A stretch of 64,000 nucleotides of DNA from an uncultured Alphaproteobacteria bacterium (lineage in GTDB: Bacteria > Pseudomonadota > Alphaproteobacteria > Rhizobiales > Afifellaceae), in NCBI GenBank assembly GCA_963805325.1, contig CAWDTS010000014.1, positions 5,544-69,543 on the forward strand, written 5' to 3'. The position numbers and the translations under genes were made by a program. The notes under the pieces are model-generated. The model was given only the letters and a program-made list of their open reading frames with translations. It ran no database searches and had not been told where the DNA came from. Numbering within the stretch: the first letter of the stretch is position 1; the number at the start of each line of letters is the position of its first letter. Below, piece by piece: positions 22,642 to 30,691 of this stretch.

Positions 22642-23142
22642 TCAGCGGCCCGAGGCCACCTTCCGCTTTTCCATCACAAGGTGCTCGCTGCCCTCGATGA
22701 CGTTCCGTCCGACTTCTTCAAAGCCGGCGCGGCGGTAGAAGGCGACGCCCTTCTCGTTCTTCGCTTCGACATCGAGGCGCAGGATCCTGCTTTCAGGATG
22801 CTCGGCCAGAGCAGCCGCAAGCAGCCGCGCGCCGATCCCGCCCCGCTGGTGCGGGGGACGCACGTAAAGGCGCGCAATGACGAGATCGGGCGGTTTTCGG
22901 GCATCGACAAGGATGTGCCCGACGATCCTCCCCTGATCGACCGCCACCAGGAACGAGGTGTCCGGTTCGCCAAGCTGCATCTGGAGATTTTCGAGCGTAT
23001 GCCATCTGCCGCTGACCTCGCTCACCCAGTCCGCGCCCATCAGCGAATCGTAGGTGTCGTGCCAAGTCTCGGCGAGGAGCGCGCGCACGGCCGGTAGGTC
23101 GTCGGCCGCTGCCTGCCGAATCGTGATGTCGCCTTCCGCCAT
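22642..23142 (-). CDS. GNAT family N-acetyltransferase
   Basis: The sequence ..ARLYVRPPHQRGGIGARLLAAAL..AKNEKGVAFYRRAGFEEVG.. is typical of GNAT motifs A and B. Confidence 0.8.
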   Translation of the reverse strand: MAEGDITIRQAAADDLPAVRALLAETWHDTYDSLMGADWVSEVSGRWHTLENLQMQLGEPDTSFLVAVDQGRIVGHILVDARKPPDLVIARLYVRPPHQRGGIGARLLAAALAEHPESRILRLDVEAKNEKGVAFYRRAGFEEVGRNVIEGSEHLVMEKRKVASGR

Positions 23143-23300
23143 GTCTCTGCCGCTCTCTCCGTCCCCCAGACCGCTCTCCCTCCAAGGGTGAGATAGGGTG
23201 CTTTACGCGGAAGACCAACATTCGCCAGCCAAGAATTTACATCCAAGAATCGTGTGGCGTGGGCGTCCGGGAAACGGCATGTTCCGCGCGGAGTTCCAGC

Positions 23301-23945
23301 ATGACCTTCCTTCCGACCCTTCCCGTGTTCGCCGCCTATCTCGCGGCGGTCCTCATCATCACCTTCACGCCCGGCCCCGACATGACCCTGTTCCTCGGCA
23401 AGGCGGTCAGGCAGGGGCGGGCGGCCGGCATGGCGGCGATGCTCGGCGCCTCGACCGGCGTCCTGATCCATACGACGCTGGTGGCGCTCGGCCTTTCGGC
23501 GCTCCTTGCCGCAAGCGTCACGGCCTTCTCCATCCTGAAGGTCGCCGGCGCGCTCTATCTTCTGTGGCTGGCGGTGCAGACGGTCCGGCACGGATCGGCG
23601 CTGAACGTCGCCACGAGCGGGTCGCAGGCGGCCCGCGAGCCGCTCTATCGCTCCTGGCTGGCCGGGCTTGGCGTGAACCTGATGAACCCGAAGATCATCA
23701 TGTTCATGGTGACCTTCCTGCCGCAGTTCGTGGCGGCGGGCGACGCACATGCGGCGCAGAAGCTCATCTTCCTCGGCGTCGTCCTGGTTGTCGTCGCGCT
23801 GCCGTTCTCGATCGCCATGATCGTCTCGGCCTCGCGCCTCGCGCTTTTCCTGAGGCGCACGCCGCGCGTCATGCGGGCGATCGACTGGGTCTTCGCCGGC
23901 GTGTTCAGCGCTTTCGCCGCAAGGCTTCTGCTGGCGCGGCACTAG
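23301..23945 (+). CDS. LysE/RhtB family amino-acid exporter
   Basis: The N-terminus reads MTFLPTLPVFAAYLAAVLIITFTPGPDMTLFLGKAV... A central motif is LNPK. The 214-aa product has six hydrophobic segments. Confidence 0.85.
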   Translation: MTFLPTLPVFAAYLAAVLIITFTPGPDMTLFLGKAVRQGRAAGMAAMLGASTGVLIHTTLVALGLSALLAASVTAFSILKVAGALYLLWLAVQTVRHGSALNVATSGSQAAREPLYRSWLAGLGVNLMNPKIIMFMVTFLPQFVAAGDAHAAQKLIFLGVVLVVVALPFSIAMIVSASRLALFLRRTPRVMRAIDWVFAGVFSAFAARLLLARH

Positions 23946-23970
23946 GGCAGCGGCGTGCCCGGGAAAGAGT

Positions 23971-24591
23971 TCAGCCCCCGGCGTTCGCCTCAAGCAGTCG
24001 CGCGATCTTCTGCTGCGCGCTCTCCTCCGTCTCGTCGTAGCCGATCGAATCGGCATAGCCGCCGTCAGCGTTGAAGAGCATGGCCGACGCCGTGTGGTCG
24101 ATCGTGTAGTCGCCGTTCTCAAGGTCGATCTTGCGATAGAAGATGCGGTAGGCCTTGGCCGCCTCCGCAACGGCCTCGGGCGAGCCGGTCAGGCCGATGA
24201 AGTCCGCGTTGAAGGCCGAAACGTAGTCCTTCATCACCGAGGCCGTGTCGTGCTCCGGGTCGACGGTGACGAAGACGACCTTCAGCGGCGCAGCTTCGTC
24301 GCCGAGCTTTTCGACGACGCTGGCGAGCAGGAACAACGTCGTCGGACAAAGATCCGGGCAGAGTGTGAAGCCGAAATAGATGACATGCGGATGGCCGAGG
24401 AGGTCGTCGCGGGTGAACGGCTTGCCGTCGGCCGTCATCAGGGTGAAAGGCCCGCCGATCGTGGTGACGTTGTTGGCGAGCCAGCGGTCCACGTCCTCCC
24501 GGAAGAAAGTGAGCGCGGCGCCGACGGCGAGCGACACGGCGACTGCCGCATAGATCGTGCGCGCGATGATGCGGTCGGTCCTCGACGCCAT
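23971..24591 (-). CDS. SCO1/SenC family copper chaperone (thioredoxin fold)
   Basis: It has a TM anchor, then IGGPFTLMTADGKPF, FGFTLCPDLCPTTL (CxxxC) and a distal DHTASAMLF His. ATG at 24591. Confidence 0.85.
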   Translation of the reverse strand: MASRTDRIIARTIYAAVAVSLAVGAALTFFREDVDRWLANNVTTIGGPFTLMTADGKPFTRDDLLGHPHVIYFGFTLCPDLCPTTLFLLASVVEKLGDEAAPLKVVFVTVDPEHDTASVMKDYVSAFNADFIGLTGSPEAVAEAAKAYRIFYRKIDLENGDYTIDHTASAMLFNADGGYADSIGYDETEESAQQKIARLLEANAGG

Positions 24592-24641
24592 CGGACGATT
24601 TGCCACCTGTGAAGGGTTTTGGGCGCGCAATATGGAACCCT

Positions 24642-25097
24642 ATGCCACCGGTGAAAAGGCAAGTCGCTGCGGCTTTTCGGACGGAGAGGGGATGCGCCAT
24701 CGCCCGTCGCTCCGCCGCCTATCGGCGCGACGAGGCGATTTCTTTCCCGGCGGCTTTCGCCGTCGCGCTGCTCCTCGTCCTTCACACCTTTCTGACCGCG
24801 CTTGCCGCGGGCGCACATGCGTCGCCCGCTACGCTCGATGCCTTTGGAAATCCGCTTTGCCACGGATTCGTCGGCTTCAATGGCGGGGATGGCACACCCG
24901 CCGACGACCATCCGACAGGGGATTGCTGCACCTTCGGCTGCCATATTGCCGCCGCGGTGCCGTTGCCGGTGCGCGTTCCGGTCATCGTGCGTTTTGCGAC
25001 GGCGCTGCCGGTCGCGTGGCGCGTCGAGAAGCTGCCGCCGTATTTCAGTTCCGATCGCTCTTCGATCCGGTCGCGCGGTCCGCCGCGCTTCGTCTGA
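24642..25097 (+). CDS. DUF2946-like cysteine-rich small protein (start uncertain)
   Basis: It has a hydrophobic leader (FPAAFAVALLLVLHTFLTALAAGAHA), then ..NPLCHG...GDCCTFGCH.., reminiscent of DUF2946 proteins that accompany copper and TonB loci. The alternative frame over the same DNA is Arg-rich shadow sequence. Confidence 0.45.
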   Translation: MPPVKRQVAAAFRTERGCAIARRSAAYRRDEAISFPAAFAVALLLVLHTFLTALAAGAHASPATLDAFGNPLCHGFVGFNGGDGTPADDHPTGDCCTFGCHIAAAVPLPVRVPVIVRFATALPVAWRVEKLPPYFSSDRSSIRSRGPPRFV

Positions 25098-25183
25098 TGC
25101 CGTCCGTTGATACGGGCAATCGCAAACAACGTCAGACTATCGCCCGCACGCGCCTCGCGGTGTGGAGCTACCGGAGTACGGAT

Positions 25184-25696
25184 ATGAGATTTGAAGCTTC
25201 GCTTTCGCGCCTGACCAGGATCAGGCTTCTTTCAGGACTGCTCGCGCTTGGATTTATGCTCGCCGCCGGCTGCGCTTCCGCGCATGATTTCAAGGCGGGC
25301 TCGATCAAGATCGACCATCCGTGGGCGCGCGCGACGCCGCCGGGCGCGCAGGTCGCCGGCGGTTACTTCACCATCGAGAACAGCGGGTCGGATGCCGACC
25401 GTCTCGTGTCCGTCACGGCGGAGATCGCCGGGCGCGCGGAGCTTCACGAGATGGCCGTCGAGGGCGGTATCATGAAGATGCGGCCGCTCAAGGAGGGTGT
25501 GGAGATTCCGCCTGGCGGCACGGTGAAGTTCGATCCGAAGGCGTATCATGTGATGTTCATGGACCTGAAGAAGCCGCTGAAGGAAGGCCAGGAGTTCAAG
25601 GGAACGCTCACTTTCGAGAAGGCCGGGACGGTCGACGTGACCTATTCCGTCGGTTCTATCGGTGCCACCAATGGTGACGAAGCGATGGGACACTGA
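25184..25696 (+). CDS. periplasmic copper chaperone PCuAC (DUF461)
   Basis: It has a signal peptide, then IDHPWARATPPGAQVAGGYFTIENSG. The Cu(I) ligand pattern is present as H-x10-M (HEMAVEGGIMKM), with YHVMFMDL (HxM) following after a spacer about as long as the canonical x21. Confidence 0.85.
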   Translation: MRFEASLSRLTRIRLLSGLLALGFMLAAGCASAHDFKAGSIKIDHPWARATPPGAQVAGGYFTIENSGSDADRLVSVTAEIAGRAELHEMAVEGGIMKMRPLKEGVEIPPGGTVKFDPKAYHVMFMDLKKPLKEGQEFKGTLTFEKAGTVDVTYSVGSIGATNGDEAMGH

Positions 25697-26678
25697 CATA
25701 CGCCGCCTGGGTCGCCGGCTCCTGCCGGCGGCCTTTGTCGCCGTGCTTCTTGCCGGCGTGGCGGTCTATCTCGCGCTCCATCCGCGTGAGGCGGCGCAGG
25801 AGGCGGCGGCGTTTCGCGCCGGCCGGCTGCGGATCGCCGAGCCCTTCACGCTTGCCACGGAGCCCGGCGCGAAAAGCGCGGCGGGCTATATGCGGATCGA
25901 GAACAGCGGGAGCGAGAGCGACCGCCTTCTTTCCGCGACCGCCGAGATCACGCCACGCGTTGAAATCCAGGAGACGAAGGACACTGGCGGCATGCTGGAC
26001 GTGCGCCTGCTGGACGGCGGGCTCGAAGTTCCGCCGGGCGTCACGCTTCAGCTTCGGCCCGGCTCCTACCGTCTGCTTTTCCGCGACCTCGACCGGCAGC
26101 TGAAGGAGGGCGAGCGCTTTTCGGGCACGCTCACTTTCGAGAAGGCCGGAACCGCCGCGGTAACCTACGAGGTCGGGGCATTCGTTCCGTCGATCGGCGG
26201 GCCGTTCGCGCTGATCGACCAGAACGGCAAGCCGTTCTCAAATGCCGATCTTCTGGGCAAGCCCTACGCGATCTTCTTCGGCTACACGCACTGCCCCGAC
26301 GTCTGCCCGACCACGCTCTTCGAGATGTCGGCGGCGCTTCAAAAGCTCGGCGCGGATGCGGACCGGCTCAGGCTCGTCTTCGTCACCGTCGACCCGGAGC
26401 GCGACACGTCCGATCTTCTGAAGGAATATCTCAGCGCCTTCGACGACCGCATCGTCGGTCTGACCGGCACGGCTGAGACGATCGACGCGGCGGCGAAGGC
26501 CTTCCACACCTTCTATCAGAAGGTCCCGGGCGAGAACGGCGATTACAGCATGGACCATTCCGCCTCGGTGATCCTGATGGACGCGGAGGGAAAGTTCGTC
26601 GGGACGATCAGCTATCGCGAAGACGTCGACGTGCGGTTCGATAAGCTCAAGCGACTGATCGCCGCCACGCGGTCCTGA
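25671..26678 (+). CDS. fusion protein: TM anchor + PCuAC-like domain with substituted ligand positions + SCO1 domain
   Basis: The N-terminal half aligns to the neighbouring PCuAC (AEPFTLATEPGAKSAAGYMRIENSG...FSGTLTFEKAGTAAVTYEV). It has Q, V, R and L where that protein has H, M, H and M. The C-terminal half is a complete SCO1 (IGGPFALIDQNGKPF, FGYTHCPDVCPTTL, DHSASVILMD). It is a single uninterrupted ORF. Its start (ATG 25671 or nearby GTG) overlaps the end of the PCuAC gene. Confidence 0.75.
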   Translation: MVTKRWDTDIRRLGRRLLPAAFVAVLLAGVAVYLALHPREAAQEAAAFRAGRLRIAEPFTLATEPGAKSAAGYMRIENSGSESDRLLSATAEITPRVEIQETKDTGGMLDVRLLDGGLEVPPGVTLQLRPGSYRLLFRDLDRQLKEGERFSGTLTFEKAGTAAVTYEVGAFVPSIGGPFALIDQNGKPFSNADLLGKPYAIFFGYTHCPDVCPTTLFEMSAALQKLGADADRLRLVFVTVDPERDTSDLLKEYLSAFDDRIVGLTGTAETIDAAAKAFHTFYQKVPGENGDYSMDHSASVILMDAEGKFVGTISYREDVDVRFDKLKRLIAATRS

Positions 26679-26783
26679 TTGCCCCGGACCGCATCTGCGT
26701 TACCCGCAACTCTTGCGACCGATCGGCGCGAAGGGCGTCGGCGATTCCCGTCTTGACTCCTCTTCCGCCTATGGCATGTTTGA

Positions 26784-26798
26784 GAACAAACGTAGAAC
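26784..26798. promoter_or_regulatory. alphaproteobacterial-type LexA (SOS) box GAAC-N7-GAAC
   Basis: GAACAAACGTAGAAC lies 20 bp upstream of the imuA ATG. It matches the direct-repeat GTTC-N7-GTTC / GAAC-N7-GAAC consensus described for alphaproteobacterial LexA. Confidence 0.7.
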
Positions 26799-26817
26799 AA
26801 TCGCATCCGAGACCGCC

Positions 26818-27756
26818 ATGGCTATCGACGCCGTGGCGCAGGCAACGCTTTTGCGCCTGCGCCGGGACATCGCCGAGATCGAGGGCCGCCTCGCCGAGGA
26901 CGGCCGGCTGGCGCTCGATCCCGCGCGCGTTGAATCCCTCGGCGGCCATGCTGTCCGCGCTACCGCTGACCTTAAGGCGCGTAAGCCAAGGAGGCGGCTC
27001 CTCCTCGGCCTGCCGTCGCTCGACAGAGCGTTAGGCGGCGGTCTGCCGCTTCCCGCGCTCCTGGAAGTCCGCGCCGGCGAGAGCCGCGACGGGGGTGCTG
27101 CCGGCGGCTTCGTCATGGCGCTCGTCGCGCGCCTCGCCGTCTGCGGGACCCCGCCTTCGATGGTGTGGATCAGCGAGGCTGATGTGCGGCGTGAGACGGG
27201 CGGGCTTTACGCGCCGGGGCTCGCGGCGCTCGGCCTCGACCCGGGTCTCGTCGTCGAGGTCGCCGTGCGCACCGAGGCGGAGGCGCTGTGGGCCTTCGAG
27301 GCGGCGCTTTCCTGCGCCGGTCTCGGGGTTGCGGTCTGCGAGCTTCGCCAGGCGTCGCTCGACCTTTCCGCCACCCGGCGCTGCGCGCTTCGCGCCCGCG
27401 ATAAGGGCGTCGCCGGTTTCCTCCTGCGGCTTGGCAATCCGCAGGCCGAGCCGAGCGCGGCGGAGCTGCGCTTTGCCGTGTCACCGGCGCCGGCAGGCGC
27501 GGTCGGCGGCTTTACCCAAGGCGTCGGCCGCATGGCCTGGCGCCTTAACCTCGAAAAGAACCGCCTCGGTGCGACCGGCGTCTTCACGGTGGAGTGGAAT
27601 TCCCATGAGCGAAGCTTTGCCGAACGGGCCGGATTGGAACGCGGAGGCGAAAGCGGGGAGGGGAGCGCCCATGCGCGTCCTGAGCCTCTTCCTTCCCCGC
27701 CTCTCGACCGATCGGCTCATCCGGCAGCGCGGGATCTCGTCCGACGCGCCTCCTGA
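26818..27756 (+). CDS. imuA: ImuA-like SOS-mutagenesis protein (RecA/SulA-like fold)
   Basis: Evidence: position upstream of imuB behind a LexA box, and the motifs LGLPSLDRALGGGLPLPALLEV, ..VWISEA...LYAPGLAALGLDP, GVAGFLLR. The last 29-50 codons overlap imuB, so the 3' end is uncertain. Confidence 0.65.
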   Translation: MAIDAVAQATLLRLRRDIAEIEGRLAEDGRLALDPARVESLGGHAVRATADLKARKPRRRLLLGLPSLDRALGGGLPLPALLEVRAGESRDGGAAGGFVMALVARLAVCGTPPSMVWISEADVRRETGGLYAPGLAALGLDPGLVVEVAVRTEAEALWAFEAALSCAGLGVAVCELRQASLDLSATRRCALRARDKGVAGFLLRLGNPQAEPSAAELRFAVSPAPAGAVGGFTQGVGRMAWRLNLEKNRLGATGVFTVEWNSHERSFAERAGLERGGESGEGSAHARPEPLPSPPLDRSAHPAARDLVRRAS

Positions 27757-29281
27757 GGGGCGTCCGCTCGCCGTCGTGGCGAAGATCAAGAACGCGCTTC
27801 GCGTGACCGCCGTTGACGTGAACGCGGAGCGGCGCGGCATCCGTCTCGGCACGAGCCTTGCCGATGCGCGCGGCGCCGTCCCCGATCTTTTCGTGGTGGA
27901 GGCGGACGAGGCGGCCGACCGCGCGCTCCTTGAAAAGCTCGCCGACTGGGCCGACCGCTATACGCCGCTCGTCGCGTTCGATTCCCCCGACGGCCTCTTC
28001 CTCGATATTTCCGGCTGCGCGCATCTCTTCGCTCGCGGCGGCTCGCATGGGAACGAAGACGGGGAGGCGGGGCTCCTCGCCGATTGTCTCAACCGCCTTG
28101 CGCGCCAGGGCTTTGCAGCGCGGGCTGCTATCGCCTCGACGGCCGGCGTCGCCTCGGCGCTCGCCCGCTATGGCGCAAGCGGGCGCGTCCCGGCGGGCGC
28201 GGAGGCGGAAGCGATCGCCGATCTGCCGGTGGCGGCGCTTCGGATCGGCGCGGAGACGGAAGCGCTCCTCGACCGGCTCGGGCTGAAGCAGATCGGGCAA
28301 CTGATCGGCAAGCCGCGTGCGCCGCTCGCCGCCCGCTTCGGCATCGGCCTCGTCACGCGCCTCGACCAGGCGCTCGGCCATCTCGACGAGGTGCTGTCGC
28401 CGCGCCGTCCGGCGCCGCGGCTTTCGGCCGAACGGCGCTTCGCCGAGCCAGTCGTCGACGAGGCTTCGCTGCTTGAGACCGTAGCTTCGCTTGCGAGCAC
28501 GCTTTCCCCGGCGCTCGAGCGGCATGGGCTTGGCGCGCGGGTTCTCGAAGTCGCCTTCTTCCGCACCGACGGCGCAGTTTCCCGCGCCTCGGTCGGCACG
28601 GCCGCGCCGTTGCGGGAGGCGAAGGACGTTGCGGCGCTTTTCTCCGAGCGGCTGGCGGCGCTCGGCTCCGACTGGGATGCCGGATTCGGCTTCGACATGG
28701 TGCGGCTCGCGGTCATCCACGCCGAGCCGCTCGATGCGGCGCAGATCGACCTTTCCGGCGCGGAGAACGAGAGCGCCGGCCTTGAGCGTCTCTACGACCG
28801 GCTCGGCGCGCGGCTCGGGCCGGCACGCATCACCCGCTTCGAGCCGGTCGACACGCATATTCCCGAGCGCGCCGTCCGCGCCAGCCCGCTGGCGCAATCG
28901 ACGGCCTTGGCAGCTTCCCACTCAAGAGGAAGGTCGAACGGTGCCGCCTTGGCGTGGGACATGCCGGAAGAGGGAGAGGTCCCGCCCGACCGGCCGCTGC
29001 GGCTTTTCCAGCAGCCGGAACCGGTCGAAGTGCTGGCCGGGGTGCCGGACGGCCCGCCGATTCGCTTCCGCTGGCGCCGCGTGGTGCACGAGGTCCTGCG
29101 CGCCGAAGGACCGGAGCGCATCGCGCCGGAATGGTGGCGGGTGGAAGACAATGGGCGGCTGACGCGCGACTATTTCCGCGTGGAGGATCGAAGCGGCCGT
29201 CGCTACTGGCTTTTTCGCGAAGGGCTTTACGGCCGCGAGACGGCAAGCCCGCTCTGGTATGTGCACGGGCTGTTTGCTTGA
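27671..29281 (+). CDS. imuB: ImuB, Y-family polymerase-like protein
   Basis: Evidence: MRVLSLFLPRLSTDRL...PLAVVAKIKNALRVTAVDVNAERRGIRLGTSLADARGAVPDL, a Y-family-like fold without the DxD/E catalytic start, and the C-terminal ..RDYFRVEDRSGRRYWLFREGLY.... An alternative ATG is at 27605. Confidence 0.8.
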   Translation: MRVLSLFLPRLSTDRLIRQRGISSDAPPEGRPLAVVAKIKNALRVTAVDVNAERRGIRLGTSLADARGAVPDLFVVEADEAADRALLEKLADWADRYTPLVAFDSPDGLFLDISGCAHLFARGGSHGNEDGEAGLLADCLNRLARQGFAARAAIASTAGVASALARYGASGRVPAGAEAEAIADLPVAALRIGAETEALLDRLGLKQIGQLIGKPRAPLAARFGIGLVTRLDQALGHLDEVLSPRRPAPRLSAERRFAEPVVDEASLLETVASLASTLSPALERHGLGARVLEVAFFRTDGAVSRASVGTAAPLREAKDVAALFSERLAALGSDWDAGFGFDMVRLAVIHAEPLDAAQIDLSGAENESAGLERLYDRLGARLGPARITRFEPVDTHIPERAVRASPLAQSTALAASHSRGRSNGAALAWDMPEEGEVPPDRPLRLFQQPEPVEVLAGVPDGPPIRFRWRRVVHEVLRAEGPERIAPEWWRVEDNGRLTRDYFRVEDRSGRRYWLFREGLYGRETASPLWYVHGLFA

Positions 29282-29292
29282 TCCCGCGGCCC

Positions 29293-29829
29293 TCACGCCG
29301 CGAGCGGATAGGCCTCTTCCATGAGGTAGGGCCCGCCCCCCTTGGACGCCCGGGAGGAGAGAAGCACGAAACGGCCGACGGGAAAGGGCGGCGTGCGGAA
29401 ATCGCCGCGCAGCGCAAGATAGGTCGCCGCGTCGGACTCGCTGGCGCTTCTGATTCGCGCGAGCGACACGTGCGGCCGGAACTTTCGCCGCTCCGGCTCA
29501 AGCCCGATTCGCTGGATGATGCGCTCGTGCTCGGCCTGCAGTTCCCTCAGCGCCGGCGTGATCTTCGCGCAGGCGACAATCGAATGCGGCTTCTTGCCTC
29601 CGAAGGCGTCGAGCCCGGAAAGTGCAAGCTCGAAGCTCGGCCTGTCGACCCGCATCAGCGCACGGCCGATCTCGTCGGCGGTCCGCGGGTCGATGTCGCC
29701 GATGAATCGGAGCGTGATGTGATAGTTTTCCGGGTCGATCCAGCGGGCACCCGGCAGGCCGCCGCGAAGCAGCGAGAGGTGGAAGCCGATTCGCGCGGGG
29801 ATTTCCAACGCGGTGAACAGACGCGGCAT
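29293..29829 (-). CDS. thpR: RNA 2',3'-cyclic phosphodiesterase (2H family, ThpR/LigT)
   Basis: The two HxT/S motifs are present: NYHITLRF and RPHVSLAR. It starts MPRLFTALEIP. 178 aa. Confidence 0.85.
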   Translation of the reverse strand: MPRLFTALEIPARIGFHLSLLRGGLPGARWIDPENYHITLRFIGDIDPRTADEIGRALMRVDRPSFELALSGLDAFGGKKPHSIVACAKITPALRELQAEHERIIQRIGLEPERRKFRPHVSLARIRSASESDAATYLALRGDFRTPPFPVGRFVLLSSRASKGGGPYLMEEAYPLAA

Positions 29830-29952
29830 GTCGGCCCCCCGAATCACGCTTCGACGAGAGAATACTAGACGCTCGCACCGCACGTTGAAGGCCGGAACGC
29901 TACAGGTCGTCGCGGAACTAGGGGTGGTAAAAGCCTCGGAAACCCACGAAAG

Positions 29953-29975
29953 AGGCCGGCCCAACGGGCCGGCCT
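29953..29975 (-). other. perfect 10-bp GC hairpin in a divergent intergenic region (possible terminator of an unannotated minus-strand transcript)
   Basis: AGGCCGGCCC-aac-GGGCCGGCCT. On the minus strand it is followed by CTTTCGTGGGTTTCC. No CDS ends next to it. Confidence 0.3.
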
Positions 29976-30217
29976 AGGGGAAATTACCTCTGGGGGATTG
30001 AACCATACTGACTTCCCGGCTGGAAAGCGTTGGGGGCTGGGGGCTGGATTTCCGCCGCTTTCCGATGCCGGCCTGAGGCAACGATCAAAGGATCGGCAGG
30101 TAGCATGGCGCGCGAAAGGCTGAATCGGGGCATCATTGTGGAATTGCCCATTCGGGCCGGAATCCCTGGCTCCGCGCGAGTCAATGAATTGTTGCTGCGC
30201 ACCCGTGCTTTCGCGCT

Positions 30218-30619
30218 ATGCTTCGCTCAACGCGAAGGGAGGCGCGATTGAGCGAGAGTGAAGACTGGTCTTTCGGCGGACGGCGGACCGCCACGAATGT
30301 CCGTCCGTCCGCGAATCAACGGGTGTCCTTCGAAAGAAGGGAACTCGACGCCATCCTCCGGATCTATGGACGCAAGGTCGCCGAGGGCGAGTGGCGCGAC
30401 TACGCGATCGACCACCTAGCGGACCGCGCGGTGTTCTCGATCTTCAGGCGCGCAAGCGAAATGCCGATGTTCAGGGTCGAGAAGATTCCGGCGCTGGCGC
30501 GCAAACAGGGTGCCTACCGCATCGTCGCGGCGACCGGCCTGATCCTGAAGCGCGGCCACGAACTCGCTGCGGTGCTGAAAGTCCTCGACAAGCCGAAGCT
30601 TTCGCTCGTCCGCGCGTAG
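30218..30619 (+). CDS. DUF2794-like conserved alphaproteobacterial protein
   Basis: The core reads VSFERRELDAILRIYGRKVAEGEWRDYAIDHLADRAVFSIFRRASEMPMFRVEK. I recognise this as the small conserved family usually annotated DUF2794. The start codon is uncertain. Confidence 0.55.
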   Translation: MLRSTRREARLSESEDWSFGGRRTATNVRPSANQRVSFERRELDAILRIYGRKVAEGEWRDYAIDHLADRAVFSIFRRASEMPMFRVEKIPALARKQGAYRIVAATGLILKRGHELAAVLKVLDKPKLSLVRA

Positions 30620-30634
30620 CTCAACTCGCGCTCT

Positions 30635-30668
30635 CGCAAAACAAAACGCGGCGCCGAAGCGCCGCGTT
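30635..30668 (-). terminator. rho-independent terminator of the BI-1 gene (also usable from the plus strand)
   Basis: AACGCGGCGC-cgaa-GCGCCGCGTT is a 10-bp stem (30645-30668). On the minus strand it is followed by TTTTGTTTTG (30635-30644). Confidence 0.7.
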
Positions 30669-30691
30669 CGAAGCTTTATGTCCGGCTGCGA

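Noticed and set aside
24557-25183. The 5' part of ORF 24557..25696, which would extend PCuAC upstream by about 200 codons.
   Set aside because: The segment is Arg-rich and non-protein-like. The PCuAC signal peptide starts at ATG 25184. The DUF2946-like frame explains this DNA better.
29282-29292. Expected dnaE2 downstream of imuB.
   Set aside because: There is no room for it. imuB is followed after 11 bp by the stop of the convergent thpR gene. No DnaE-like sequence exists anywhere in the window.
29984-30202. A 72-aa minus-strand ORF and a T-loop-like GGTTCAATCCCCCA element, raising the possibility of a tRNA or tmRNA fragment.
   Set aside because: No complementary T-stem, acceptor stem or anticodon arm could be folded around the element. 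The ORF has no start context and an odd composition.
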